Shown here: one piece after another, positions 1-8,735 of the stretch
Layout: every line of letters begins with the position of its first letter
How positions within the stretch are numbered: position 1 is the first letter of the stretch
Sequence record: OR067838.1
Strand: one strand, 5' to 3'
Length of the DNA stretch: 64,000 bases
From: Escherichia phage KKP 3954
Notes under the pieces: model-generated
What the model saw: the letters and a program-made list of their open reading frames with translations, nothing else
What the model was told of the DNA's origin: nothing
Databases searched by the model: none
Program-made: the position numbers and the translations under genes

Positions 1-117
1 TGCTACATCATCAATACCGAACAGAGCATCAGTCCAAATCAGAACTTTAGCAGCATCGGCAGCTTCAGCTTTAGCAGCTTCAGTGTTGTCAGCTTTCAGG
101 ATAGAACCAATTTTCAT
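1..117 (-). CDS. partial CDS, candidate major capsid protein N-terminus (runs off window start)
   Basis: ATG at 117-115 (minus) open to position 1; MKIGSILKADNTEAAKAEAADAAKVLIWTDALFGIDDVA; CTG/GCT/GGT-rich codons; lies after scaffold gene in head module. Confidence 0.3.
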   Translation of the reverse strand, partial: MKIGSILKADNTEAAKAEAADAAKVLIWTDALFGIDDVA

Positions 118-242
118 GGTTGCTGTTTTAACCAGGTTAACTTCACGTATACACAGTGTCCAAGGTCAGAGCTAAACACTCCACCCAGAACCAGGTGTCC
201 GAATTCCTGGCGAGAGTTAGATAAAGTAATTCCTTTAGCCAT
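114..242 (-). CDS. small hypothetical protein (42 aa)
   Basis: AGGAGA RBS upstream of ATG at 242-240; stop overlaps next ATG (ATGA); could instead be a frame-disrupted capsid N-terminus. Confidence 0.3.
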   Translation of the reverse strand: MAKGITLSNSRQEFGHLVLGGVFSSDLGHCVYVKLTWLKQQP

Positions 243-261
243 TTAATTTAATCTCCTAAGA

Positions 262-1377
262 TTATTGTTTCTGGGCTTTTTTAAGTTCAGCAGCTTTCTG
301 ACTAATCAGTTCAGAAGAAGATTTAGCTACAGGTTGAGTATTGATCACATCAACACCACGTTCTGCTCCAAATTCTTTCTTAACTGCGTCCACTTCTGCA
401 CGTGCTTTTTCGAATGCTTTGACGATAGTTTCAGCGATATCTTTATTATCTACCAGATATTTAACGAGAGCTTCAACTTTGTCTTCTTCTACGAAAGAAT
501 AGGATTTAACAACAGTTGTATATTCTTCTTCGATACGAGCTTGTTCAGCTTTACGAAGTTCTTCTGCTTCCTGTTCTGCCTTAGCGATTTTTTCCTGTGC
601 TTCAAGTTCTGCGGCTGCACGTGCATCTGCGGCTGCTTTTTCTACAGCTTCAGCGATCTGTGCTTTCATCAGTTCTTGGAATTCAGCAGATTTCAGGAAT
701 TCTTCTTTGTTGATATTTTCCAAAGGGGTTTCTCCTTTATTGATTCCAGTTGTGTTTGCAGATTTATCACCTGCGGGGTTAGCCTCTGCATCCACAGAGT
801 TTGTATTAGCTTTAGCGTGAGCTTTCACTAAATAATCTTTAACTTGACTTTGTTTCAAGGAACTCTTAACGAGATTACTCAAAGCATCGTCTAAAACGTC
901 CTCAAAGAAATCAATGGAGATCATTACATCACCATCAACAACTTGATAATCAGTAACACGAACAACAGGTTTAGCAACCTCTTCAACTTCAACATTCAGT
1001 CCGTCAACTTTAAAGCCAACAGAGAACATACCGTTATCTGAACAGAAAATTGCAACGTTCGCATCGAAGTCAGCATCAATAACGTAAACCCAATCCCAAC
1101 CAGCTTCAAATTTTTCACGCACTTTTTCAGAGATGCGATCCATCACTTGTTGAATATAGCTTTTACGTAACTCTGTAACATCTTCTCCCATTTTAGTGAG
1201 AGCTTCTAACTTTTCAAAAGTTATGTCTGGAGATCCGTCTGACTTAAATAAAAGGGGGGTATTATAACCAGATGCCGCTCCACCTTGAAAATCAAAAGTG
1301 TAAGCAATATGAGCACCTAGTGACTCTTCCGTAGCTTTTCCTGAAAAGTCTACGTTAGTTAAATATGTATTTGCCAC
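262..1377 (-). CDS. putative head scaffolding protein
   Basis: 371 aa; C-terminal half Ala/Glu/Lys-rich coiled-coil-like (AEAVEKAAADARAAAELEAQEKIAKAEQEAEELRKAEQ); position between portal-side and capsid-side genes. Confidence 0.5.
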   Translation of the reverse strand: MANTYLTNVDFSGKATEESLGAHIAYTFDFQGGAASGYNTPLLFKSDGSPDITFEKLEALTKMGEDVTELRKSYIQQVMDRISEKVREKFEAGWDWVYVIDADFDANVAIFCSDNGMFSVGFKVDGLNVEVEEVAKPVVRVTDYQVVDGDVMISIDFFEDVLDDALSNLVKSSLKQSQVKDYLVKAHAKANTNSVDAEANPAGDKSANTTGINKGETPLENINKEEFLKSAEFQELMKAQIAEAVEKAAADARAAAELEAQEKIAKAEQEAEELRKAEQARIEEEYTTVVKSYSFVEEDKVEALVKYLVDNKDIAETIVKAFEKARAEVDAVKKEFGAERGVDVINTQPVAKSSSELISQKAAELKKAQKQ

Positions 1378-1379
1378 GA

Positions 1380-1859
1380 TTAGTCCTTCTTGACTTTAAC
1401 GCCCATTGCGCCTATACTCAAACCTTTAAGAACGCCGTCTTTACGAGCTTGATATAATTCAGGGTCGTTGAATTGGATTTTAACGAGGGGAGTTCCTTCC
1501 ACAACGAGTTCGTCACCAATGTAACAATCGACTTCATTTACCCAAGCTTTAATTGGAGAAAACTTATCGGTGTTCTTCATGTGACCAAGATTACCACTAA
1601 TGTTGGTAATATTCTCATTGAAGTTGTCAACCATCTTCCTGATTTCCAAATCAGACATGCGCTCTCCGTGGAGATCGTCTTCTTCAGGTGGACAATACAA
1701 GACCTCAATAACCTGCATCTTTTCTTCATCAAATTTATTTTGTTTGACTAAAGTTTCAGGTTTTTGAGATGGTATAGAATCTTGTTGGGATTCAGAATTC
1801 TCTTTAAAACCAGCGAAGGTTTTGAAGAGTTCCCACAGTGTATCTTTATTGAGTTCCAT
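1380..1859 (-). CDS. head-module hypothetical protein (possible prohead protease or assembly factor)
   Basis: 159 aa ORF between portal and scaffold genes, 3-nt gap to scaffold; no motif recognised. Confidence 0.4.
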   Translation of the reverse strand: MELNKDTLWELFKTFAGFKENSESQQDSIPSQKPETLVKQNKFDEEKMQVIEVLYCPPEEDDLHGERMSDLEIRKMVDNFNENITNISGNLGHMKNTDKFSPIKAWVNEVDCYIGDELVVEGTPLVKIQFNDPELYQARKDGVLKGLSIGAMGVKVKKD

Positions 1860-1952
1860 TTGAAACCTCTTAAAAACAGATATCCCATAAATCTTAGTCT
1901 ACAGGATATTTGTTGTTTTGTCAATAGAAAAATTAAAAAATATTAAATATTT

Positions 1953-3518
1953 TTAATTCGACAGGTTTTGTGCTGAAGGATCTAAAGCAGAAACAGTATC
2001 AGATGTTCCAGTCCCTGCTGTAGCTAAACCATCTCCTGATCGTGAAGTTTTGTCAGGCATATAGTTATCCATGAATTCAAAGAATTTCTCTTTATTGGCA
2101 ACAATATCGTCAGGGATGCGATATTCAAAACCAATTTTTTCAAGGAACTCGTTAATAACTTCTGGGGTTAAAGGTATTGCACCAGAGGCTACCAACTGTT
2201 GAATAGCTTTAGCATTTACTTCAATATCAGGATCACCCATTTCACCACTGACAAACTTAGGCATATCTTCATCAGAAAGGAAGATATTGTTTAGTCGTAG
2301 TGTTTGAGGGATTAGTTGAGAGTTTATAGCTTCTACAACAATATCTACATCTCGCTCAATAAAATGAGACAATAGTGTTTGTTTGTTGTCAGAAAGCGCA
2401 AAACTTCCTGCATCACCATCACCCATAATCAACACACCCGCACCAAAGCGGTTATAAATATCTAGTTTGCGTTGTTTGATTAGTGCTTGAGTGTCAAACT
2501 GTTTACCCGTGCCATCAACACCTTGGAATACAAGATCGTATTGACGCATCACTGTACCTTCATAAACGTCTGAAGGCAATACCATGTAGGCTTGCTCACC
2601 AGAGTGCAGGTTAGCGATGTTGGCTTGGAGAACTCGAAGAGATTGTGCTTCATCCCCAGCAGGATCTAAAGATGCCCTGTTTAGAATGTCACTTGGAACC
2701 TTAAGAACTGGCATACCGCCTAAATCTTTAGATACCCCAATAACCTCAAATTCCTGAATAAGAGATTTTTCACGCCAGCTACGATATACAGCTAAAAGCG
2801 GACTAACTCCTAGTGGGTTATTCTCTGTAATGTTGCTACCAACAAATAAAACTTTACTGAAAGGAATTTCTTTAATACCCGTTTCTAAAGTTGTATTACC
2901 TGGGGCTAACATTGTATTGGTGATATTCTGGTTAACAGACAAGATAGAACGTCCGTCTGCCGAATATGTAAAAGGTTGAGCCATGTGAAGAGTATCTTGT
3001 GGTCTAAAAGCCAGCTTAGTTAATCGCCAATACCCAAAGTAAGGACTCTTAGGATCTTCATCCAACTCATAAACTTTTTCTGCGAATGCAAACCCGTATT
3101 GCTTATATGTCAAAAGTGATCTAACATATTGACGTAGAGGGGCTTGCATATTACGTAACATATAATCAATAAACTTAGCAGCTTTTCTTGACTTTGCCGA
3201 GCTTACATTGTATTTTATCTTAAAATCAAAGAATGCTCTATCTACAAAGATATACGTAGCATCAAGAGCAGTAGCTACATCAGGGTCTTCACCCATCTCT
3301 TTAAAAGTTCGAATACATTCTGGGAAACGAGTCTCATAAGGCTGCATGAAATTCGTAAATGCTTTGATTGAGTTTAATCCGATCGTTCCTATTTCAGGTG
3401 ACAGGAGTAACGTTTTCTCTTTCTCTGCTTCTTTTGTTGGAGAGAGAGCAGCTTTATTTGCAGCACCTTTGTCCCAGTATTCTGACTTTTTAGTATACGT
3501 TCTTTTTCCTGTTGACAC
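1953..3518 (-). CDS. putative portal protein
   Basis: 521 aa ORF immediately downstream of large terminase; size and position typical of portal; no motif-level proof. Confidence 0.55.
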   Translation of the reverse strand: MSTGKRTYTKKSEYWDKGAANKAALSPTKEAEKEKTLLLSPEIGTIGLNSIKAFTNFMQPYETRFPECIRTFKEMGEDPDVATALDATYIFVDRAFFDFKIKYNVSSAKSRKAAKFIDYMLRNMQAPLRQYVRSLLTYKQYGFAFAEKVYELDEDPKSPYFGYWRLTKLAFRPQDTLHMAQPFTYSADGRSILSVNQNITNTMLAPGNTTLETGIKEIPFSKVLFVGSNITENNPLGVSPLLAVYRSWREKSLIQEFEVIGVSKDLGGMPVLKVPSDILNRASLDPAGDEAQSLRVLQANIANLHSGEQAYMVLPSDVYEGTVMRQYDLVFQGVDGTGKQFDTQALIKQRKLDIYNRFGAGVLIMGDGDAGSFALSDNKQTLLSHFIERDVDIVVEAINSQLIPQTLRLNNIFLSDEDMPKFVSGEMGDPDIEVNAKAIQQLVASGAIPLTPEVINEFLEKIGFEYRIPDDIVANKEKFFEFMDNYMPDKTSRSGDGLATAGTGTSDTVSALDPSAQNLSN

Positions 3519-3619
3519 TTGTTCCTCCAGTCAGGTATAAAATCGTTAAGGCAAGGCTGTATTATATACAACCTCACCTATCTAGTTATAATACACTTTA
3601 AAGTGACTTTTGTCAACAA

Positions 3620-5695
3620 TTATCTTTTACGGACACTATACGGTTGGTGAAATCCGCTGTTCATTCTACTGTATCCTGTAGGAGCATTTGTTGTTGTAGG
3701 AATAGCTACTGCCTTGAAAGTATTCTCTTTTGACAGAGTATTGAAACAAGAAGCAGCAGCATCGGGAATGTCATCTTTAATAGTGGCTGTAGATCTTTCA
3801 CCATTGAAAGATTCCAATTCTTTATAAAAGTGGGTTAGAGTTTCCACATTAGGGAAAGAATCTTCAACAATATAAACAAAACCATTTTGACACGCACTAC
3901 TAAAAGGCATAAAACGCTGAAGCTTTTTCTTGTTGCCTGGCATAGCATCTGGTTTAACAACAAAACCTTCTAGAATAAGTTTCTTTGCAGACTCTGTATA
4001 TTCTATTGTTCCAGCACCAGATGGGTCTTTAGGAAGCACTACTGTAACTTCTGGTCCATCAATCTTACATTGATTAAGAATCAGATTATCCCTTTCCCCA
4101 GGTAGTCTTCTAAACCTTCCGAAAATTTTACTTTTCTCATCCACAGCGTCATAGTCATAGTCACCAAAGATGTAGATATTACCATCCTGATCTTTACCCA
4201 TTTTGACAGACGTTGTATAGTCTGGATAACGATAAGTTTCTGTAGGAACTGAAACAGCTTTATCCCAGGCTCGCATTAGTTTAAGATTGTTAGGAACATC
4301 TTTATAAGATATTTTATGTAACCATTCACGTTGAAAGAAAGATTCTTTCTGAATACGTGCAAACCAACAACCATCCAGAAGCTGTGCTCTTTTAATTGCT
4401 GTTTGTGATTTAAGCTGTGCTAAGTAATTAGGGTTAAGCCTAATCAGTTCTGGGTTATCAAATATTGTCCCACCAATAAATACGAAAGTTTGTGGTTCAA
4501 TAACAACTGTCTCCCCTGTATTAGGGTTTTCCATGAAACAGTTTTCTGGATATTTTTCTTTCAGTTCTTCAGGTGTGTCAGCAAAAACAGGTTCATCGTT
4601 AACAATGATGAAATATTTTTGTTTACCACACATATCTTCTCTAGGATAACCACCCTCATCAAGATAAGGTAACACCCAATTCAAAACCCAACTATCTGCA
4701 TCGGGGTTACATGTGCACAACATGAAGCTTGTTTCTGATTCTGAACGCATACGTCCCAGAAGATAGAGCATTTCATATTGCGTGAAGTGGGTTAACTCGT
4801 CAAAACCTACCATTGAATACTGTATACCCTGATGGTTTGTTTCTGCTGTTACGTTATCATTTTCCAAATGGTCGAATTTGAGGGTTCCACCACCAGTGGC
4901 TTCAAAAATGATATCCATTGTACTTTCTTTTACGTGCGGTTGTAAAGGAAGATACAAACGTTTTGCTTCTGTAAACAGACCACCTGGTTTACGGTGAGCA
5001 GTGGTGTTCTTACGAAAAAGTATTCCACCAAACAAAGGATCTTTGTAGGCGTATTTTAAAGCTTTCAGCAATAGCAGACGAGACTTGCCGCTATTCCCAG
5101 TAACGAAGCAGTGATCGCCACGTCTAAAGACAATATAGCTGCTTGGAGTCTCAAAACAATATTTCTTATCATCTGTTGAAATAACCTCGTGTATTTTTAA
5201 GTAAGTGCTCTTTTTACCAGGTATGTTAAAAGGAACACGTTTACCGAATGGATTTTCTACATAACCTTGAAGGGGTTTTCCTATTTGCTGTAATGCAATA
5301 AGATCTCCTACAAGAATCTCGAAATGTTTCTTTGATTTCTTTTTCTTATAGAATACAAAACGGTGTTCCATACTAAGTTCTTGGAACAATCCTACACCAT
5401 TTGTTATTCTGTATAGGTTATCTCCATTTAAATCGTATTCTACAAAATAAGGTGTTACCAATTCTAAACGCTTATTCTTAGGATTGTATTGGTAAATATC
5501 CTCTCCTGAATATTCACTAATCTGTCTCCAACCATCTTTTGTAAGATATTCCGTTTCAGCAGAAACACATCCAGCGGCACCACCATAAATCATAACTTCT
5601 GGCATTAAATCCATTGCAAGAGTCTGTTTACCTGGTTGAGCCTTTACTTCAATATCTACTCCAGCTAAACTACCTGCTGCCTTTTTCTTTGCCAC
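3620..5695 (-). CDS. terL: terminase large subunit, intein-containing precursor
   Basis: 691 aa; Walker A split as YGGAAG / SGKS around an insert; Walker B-like VGFDELTHF; LCTCNP coupling motif; C-terminal nuclease-like region. Confidence 0.85.
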   Translation of the reverse strand: MAKKKAAGSLAGVDIEVKAQPGKQTLAMDLMPEVMIYGGAAGCVSAETEYLTKDGWRQISEYSGEDIYQYNPKNKRLELVTPYFVEYDLNGDNLYRITNGVGLFQELSMEHRFVFYKKKKSKKHFEILVGDLIALQQIGKPLQGYVENPFGKRVPFNIPGKKSTYLKIHEVISTDDKKYCFETPSSYIVFRRGDHCFVTGNSGKSRLLLLKALKYAYKDPLFGGILFRKNTTAHRKPGGLFTEAKRLYLPLQPHVKESTMDIIFEATGGGTLKFDHLENDNVTAETNHQGIQYSMVGFDELTHFTQYEMLYLLGRMRSESETSFMLCTCNPDADSWVLNWVLPYLDEGGYPREDMCGKQKYFIIVNDEPVFADTPEELKEKYPENCFMENPNTGETVVIEPQTFVFIGGTIFDNPELIRLNPNYLAQLKSQTAIKRAQLLDGCWFARIQKESFFQREWLHKISYKDVPNNLKLMRAWDKAVSVPTETYRYPDYTTSVKMGKDQDGNIYIFGDYDYDAVDEKSKIFGRFRRLPGERDNLILNQCKIDGPEVTVVLPKDPSGAGTIEYTESAKKLILEGFVVKPDAMPGNKKKLQRFMPFSSACQNGFVYIVEDSFPNVETLTHFYKELESFNGERSTATIKDDIPDAAASCFNTLSKENTFKAVAIPTTTNAPTGYSRMNSGFHQPYSVRKR
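5093..5569 (-). other. mini-intein (Hint domain) inserted in the terminase P-loop
   Basis: Residues 43-201: starts Cys (CVSAETEYLTKDGW), ends FVTGN followed by Ser; removal gives canonical GAAGSGKS; about 159 aa, too small for a homing endonuclease domain. Confidence 0.7.
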
Positions 5696-5704
5696 ATTTC
5701 CTCC

Positions 5705-6031
5705 TTATTCAGCAATAATACCTTTTTCTTGCAGTGTTTTAATATATGTTTGTAAACCTAAAACCTTTCGTCTATCTTGCTCCCAAAGAGCGTTGTTTTG
5801 AGTTTGGTTGTTAACAACTTCAGATCTACTGACCCCTTTTGCAATTTGATTTTTAGTGTATGGCACAGGTGTCGATACTTTATCCATCAAGTCTGAATCT
5901 GGACCTTTAACCTTTTCTATGGCTACAGCCTTACACTCATCAATAAGAACTGGGGAAACTTTTGTTGATGATGAACAACCCGTCATCATTAGGGGCAAAG
6001 CAAGACATACTGCCAGAATTAGTTTTTGCAT
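5705..6031 (-). CDS. o-spanin (Rz1-like outer-membrane lipoprotein)
   Basis: Signal peptide MQKLILAVCLALPLMMTGCSSS with lipobox-like TGC; overlaps the 3' end of the i-spanin gene in another frame. Confidence 0.55.
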   Translation of the reverse strand: MQKLILAVCLALPLMMTGCSSSTKVSPVLIDECKAVAIEKVKGPDSDLMDKVSTPVPYTKNQIAKGVSRSEVVNNQTQNNALWEQDRRKVLGLQTYIKTLQEKGIIAE

Positions 6032-6332
6032 AATTCGTTGTATCCTCATTGATCGTTTGTTTCTTCTTCTCTAAATCTGCTTTTAATTGTGCATTGTTTT
6101 TAGACAAGTTGTTTATTTGAGTATTTAATAATGCTCTTTCTTCATCGGCTCTTTTTTGAAGAACATCAAAATCCTGTTTTGCTTTTGCTTGGGCTGCTTG
6201 ATATAATTGCGTTTGATAGGCAACACCATCTTTGTAGCCAGACTCACGTATCTTGTTATAAGCAAACATTCCGGTAAGAATAAGAACAACAATTAAAACA
6301 AAACCTAATACAGTTTTAGTCTTTAGATTCAT
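5940..6332 (-). CDS. i-spanin (Rz-like)
   Basis: N-terminal TM helix (TVLGFVLIVVLILTGMFAY) then coiled-coil periplasmic region; overlapping partner lipoprotein ORF. Confidence 0.55.
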   Translation of the reverse strand: MNLKTKTVLGFVLIVVLILTGMFAYNKIRESGYKDGVAYQTQLYQAAQAKAKQDFDVLQKRADEERALLNTQINNLSKNNAQLKADLEKKKQTINEDTTNYAKTNSGSMSCFAPNDDGLFIINKSFPSSY

Positions 6333-6531
6333 TATCTTCTGCTTCCTCATAAAATTTTATTTTAGGAAGAGAAGGGGCATTATTAACTATCTTCTTCACT
6401 TCCATTGGTTGAGCCTCCACTAGGATCTCTTCCCACGTCTTCTCTGTCATCATAAAGTTCTTCCTCCAAGTTCCAAGCCCGTGTGTAATCATTCTTTTTA
6501 TCTTTATGATAAGAAGAACGGTTAAAATCAT
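6316..6531 (-). CDS. hypothetical protein
   Basis: 71 aa ORF in track; start uncertain. Confidence 0.3.
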   Translation of the reverse strand: MILTVLLIIKIKRMITHGLGTWRKNFMMTEKTWEEILVEAQPMEVKKIVNNAPSLPKIKFYEEAEDNESKD

Positions 6532-6693
6532 TTTTAACTACAAAATTGCGCATATTTTATCCTCCTCATATCTGATCTTATCACAAAAGGATATACAATT
6601 GCAAGCATTAAAAATAAAAAAGCCCCTAACCTTTCGGAGAGGGGTGTTAAAAATAACAAGGAGGAGGGCCAAAGCCCCAAGAGAGGAGAGGGA

Positions 6694-6990
6694 TTAGATT
6701 ACGATCTTTTTAGGAACGTCATCTGTATTCTGCACGGCAGGGGTTTCTTCTTCCATAGCTTCATAATGTTCTTCTAACCATTCTTCTACTTGCTCTTTAA
6801 TAGCTTTAGCTGCTTGGAAGCGGAGAGGTTTTGCTGCATCCTTATCATTAACAAGTTCAACAATATACCGCATAGCTTCTAAATAATGCTCTGCAAATAA
6901 TTCTTTTACACTTGCTTGCGCCGCATCCATTGCGTAAATCTGTTGCATTTCGGCTGTTGGTCTTCCACGACCACGTTTTAGTTTAGGCAT
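6694..6990 (-). CDS. hypothetical protein (possible small DNA-binding or terminase-associated protein)
   Basis: 98 aa, basic N-terminus MPKLKRGRGRP; upstream of spanins and terminase on same strand. Confidence 0.45.
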   Translation of the reverse strand: MPKLKRGRGRPTAEMQQIYAMDAAQASVKELFAEHYLEAMRYIVELVNDKDAAKPLRFQAAKAIKEQVEEWLEEHYEAMEEETPAVQNTDDVPKKIVI

Positions 6991-7007
6991 AATAAAATCC
7001 TCCTAAA

Positions 7008-7040
7008 CTTTATCTTAACATATAAAAAATAATAAGTCAA
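7008..7040 (-). promoter_or_regulatory. putative sigma70-like promoter for the 6990 gene
   Basis: Minus-strand TTGACT (rc of agtcaa 7035-7040) with AT-rich -10-like element about 17 nt downstream. Confidence 0.3.
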
Positions 7041-7057
7041 GTTTTATTCAATAGATA

Positions 7058-7081
7058 GCAAAAAGCCTCCAATAAGGAGGC
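7058..7081 (-). terminator. rho-independent terminator after the tRNA cluster
   Basis: GCCTCC-AATAA-GGAGGC hairpin followed on the minus strand by a U-tract. Confidence 0.5.
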
Positions 7082-7197
7082 CAATAAATACTGTTAATTT
7101 GAAATGCTTTATTATGATTGTGCGTTAAGGAGTCGCACCCCTCCATCTTAGAAGGAACCAGGCAAGGTCTTCAAAGATACCGCTGGCAAGCGATATT

Positions 7198-7276
7198 TGG
7201 AGGCGGGAATTGGATTTGAACCAATGATCTCCAGCATATGAAACTGGCGAGGACGACCAGACTCCTCTATCCCGCT
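7198..7276 (-). tRNA. tRNA-Met (anticodon CAT)
   Basis: Manual cloverleaf: CCA encoded, acceptor GGCGGGA/TCCCGCT, T-arm ATTGG-ATTTGAA-CCAAT, anticodon loop rc TTCATAT; long D-loop. Confidence 0.6.
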
Positions 7277-7280
7277 ATCA

Positions 7281-7352
7281 TGTATCCCGTGCTGGATTCG
7301 AACCAGCGTCACAATAAATTGTGGATCTCTTATCCTGTAAGTCTAACGGGAA
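7281..7352 (-). tRNA. tRNA-like element, no canonical anticodon arm (possible pseudo-tRNA)
   Basis: Perfect T-arm GCTGG-ATTCGAA-CCAGC and 6/7 acceptor complementarity, but no 5-bp anticodon stem found by hand. Confidence 0.25.
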
Positions 7353-7354
7353 AC

Positions 7355-7428
7355 TGGTTGTTTCGACAAGAATCGAACTTGTGTCTCACGATTATCAGTC
7401 GTGGGTTCTACCATTGAACTACGAAACA
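7355..7428 (-). tRNA. tRNA-Ile (anticodon GAT)
   Basis: CCA encoded; acceptor TGTTTCG/CGAAACA; T-arm ACAAG-AATCGAA-CTTGT; anticodon stem CACGA/TCGTG, loop rc CTGATAA. Confidence 0.7.
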
Positions 7429-7434
7429 TTTAAT

Positions 7435-7511
7435 TGGTCGGAATTGCAGGATTCGAACCTGCGACCCTACGCTCCCAAAGCGTATGCTCTACCAAACTGA
7501 GCTAAATTCCG
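7435..7511 (-). tRNA. tRNA-Pro (anticodon TGG)
   Basis: CCA encoded; acceptor CGGAATT/AATTCCG; T-arm GCAGG-ATTCGAA-CCTGC; D-arm GCTC-TACCAAACT-GAGC; anticodon stem TACGC/GCGTA. Confidence 0.75.
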
Positions 7512-7516
7512 TTATA

Positions 7517-7592
7517 TGGCTGGTCTGTCTGGATTTGAACCAAACCTACGACAGTCAAAGTGTCGTGTGCTACCGGACTACACTACAAACCA
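7517..7592 (-). tRNA. tRNA-Gln (anticodon TTG)
   Basis: CCA encoded; T-loop ATTTGAA; anticodon stem CGACA/TGTCG, loop rc CTTTGAC; one mismatch each in T-stem and acceptor. Confidence 0.6.
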
Positions 7593-7690
7593 ATAAATCA
7601 TTTAATGAAGGGCAACCAGAAGAAGTGTGAGAGAAGGAGAAAACCATGAGTAAAAGAGAAAGTTTTCTGGCAACCCTTTATTAAATAATT

Positions 7691-7764
7691 TGGAGCGTTC
7701 TACGAGGATCGAACTCGTGCCGCCGACTTGGAAGGACGGAATGCTACCGCTACACCAAGAACGC
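7691..7764 (-). tRNA. tRNA-Gly (anticodon TCC)
   Basis: CCA encoded; acceptor GCGTTCT/AGAACGC; T-arm ACGAG-GATCGAA-CTCGT; anticodon loop rc CTTCCAA; one mismatch in anticodon stem. Confidence 0.55.
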
Positions 7765-7775
7765 CCTATATATTT

Positions 7776-7805
7776 ACTATACTACATTTTACTATTTGTT
7801 GTCAA
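7776..7805 (-). promoter_or_regulatory. sigma70-like promoter upstream of tRNA-Gly
   Basis: Minus strand TTGACA-N18-TATAGT, placing the start site a few nt before tRNA-Gly. Confidence 0.4.
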
Positions 7806-8077
7806 GACTTTTATTGATTGGGACAGTGACGAGTATCCCGTTGGGTGACTAGCCCTACGTTCGGTAAGCTAACTTAAAATAATACAAAACCAAAGTCAAA
7901 TATTATTCTTCGTTGCTGTCGATGGGAGAGCCGCTTCTCATTTTGCCCCATCCAACCCTACTCCGGTCAAGTTTCGGGTGACTCTTTTTGTGATCAACAC
8001 AATACTAAGAACACTGTCTTTCGAGCAGACCTTGTGCACAGGAACGACGATCAATCACAATGCTCTTAATGTTGTGT

Positions 8078-8152
8078 TGGTGCTCCCACACTGAATCGAA
8101 CAGAGATCCACGGATTACAAAACCGTTGTAATAGCCATTATACTATAGGAGC
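8078..8152 (-). tRNA. tRNA-Thr (anticodon TGT)
   Basis: CCA encoded; acceptor GCTCCCA/TAGGAGC; T-loop AATCGAA; anticodon loop rc TTTGTAA; single mismatches in T and anticodon stems. Confidence 0.6.
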
Positions 8153-8158
8153 AATGCT

Positions 8159-8235
8159 GGGACTCGGCAGGATTCGATACCTGCAATTCCAGAAGCCTAT
8201 TGGCGACTGGGGGTTTACCTTAACTCTACAAGTCC
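8159..8235 (-). tRNA. tRNA-like element, unresolved fold
   Basis: T-arm-like GCAGG-ATTCGATA-CCTGC (8-nt loop) and acceptor-like complementarity GGACTCG/CAAGTCC; no canonical anticodon arm found by hand. Confidence 0.25.
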
Positions 8236-8242
8236 ATAATTC

Positions 8243-8328
8243 TGGCGATGAGTATAGGATTCGAACCTATATTGTTCTTTCGAACACGGATTAACAGTCC
8301 GCCGCTTAAACCGTTCAGCCAACTCATC
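8243..8328 (-). tRNA. tRNA with anticodon GTT (Asn-type) and an atypical 15-nt variable region
   Basis: CCA encoded; perfect acceptor GATGAGT/ACTCATC; T-arm ATAGG-ATTCGAA-CCTAT; anticodon stem ACGGA/TCCGC, loop rc CTGTTAA; extra GTTC-TTTC-GAAC hairpin. Confidence 0.45.
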
Positions 8329-8334
8329 TTAATT

Positions 8335-8422
8335 TGGTGGTGAGTGATGGAGTCGAACCACCCGAATCGCAATGATAACAGATTTACAGTCTGCCCCGCT
8401 ACCCCTACGGAATTAACTCACC
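8335..8422 (-). tRNA. tRNA-Tyr (anticodon GTA)
   Basis: CCA encoded; acceptor GGTGAGT/ACTCACC; T-loop AGTCGAA; long variable arm (class II); anticodon loop rc CTGTAAA. Confidence 0.7.
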
Positions 8423-8553
8423 TAAATACTAATATTTAAATTCTTTTTAAAATAGCCAGTGTTCGCACCACTAACTATGAGTTATCGGTAAGATGGTGGG
8501 GGGCTATCTTCCGAAAGTTTACTCTATTAAAGTAAGCTACATTAAAAAGAACT

Positions 8554-8639
8554 TGGCGGTAGATGTAGGACTCGAACCTACACGCCGTTTCCGACTACAG
8601 TTTAGCAAACTGTCGTGGCTACCATTTCACCAATCTACC
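8554..8639 (-). tRNA. tRNA-Ser (anticodon GCT)
   Basis: CCA encoded; acceptor GGTAGAT/ATCTACC; T-arm GTAGG-ACTCGAA-CCTAC; anticodon stem ACAGT/ACTGT, loop rc TTGCTAA; long variable arm. Confidence 0.75.
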
Positions 8640-8644
8640 TAATC

Positions 8645-8735
8645 TGGCGGAAGGAGGGAGAGTCGAACTCCCAAGGCTCTTTCAAGCTCGGCGGTTTTCA
8701 AGACCGTTTTCGTCGCCACATCGATTTGCCCTTCC
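8645..8735 (-). tRNA. tRNA-Ser (anticodon TGA)
   Basis: CCA encoded; T-arm GGGAG-AGTCGAA-CTCCC; anticodon stem GCGGT/ACCGT (G-U), loop rc CTTGAAA; long variable arm. Confidence 0.7.

Noticed and set aside
265-831. 188-aa plus-strand ORF inside the scaffold gene
   Set aside because: Fully antisense to a longer, better-supported minus-strand gene; low-complexity Phe/Cys/Ser-rich translation; no RBS.
7645-7683. 12-codon plus-strand ORF (MSKRESFLATLY) with AGGAG RBS between tRNA-Gln and tRNA-Gly
   Set aside because: Too short and on the opposite strand to the surrounding tRNA transcription unit; noted only as a possible leader peptide, unsupported.
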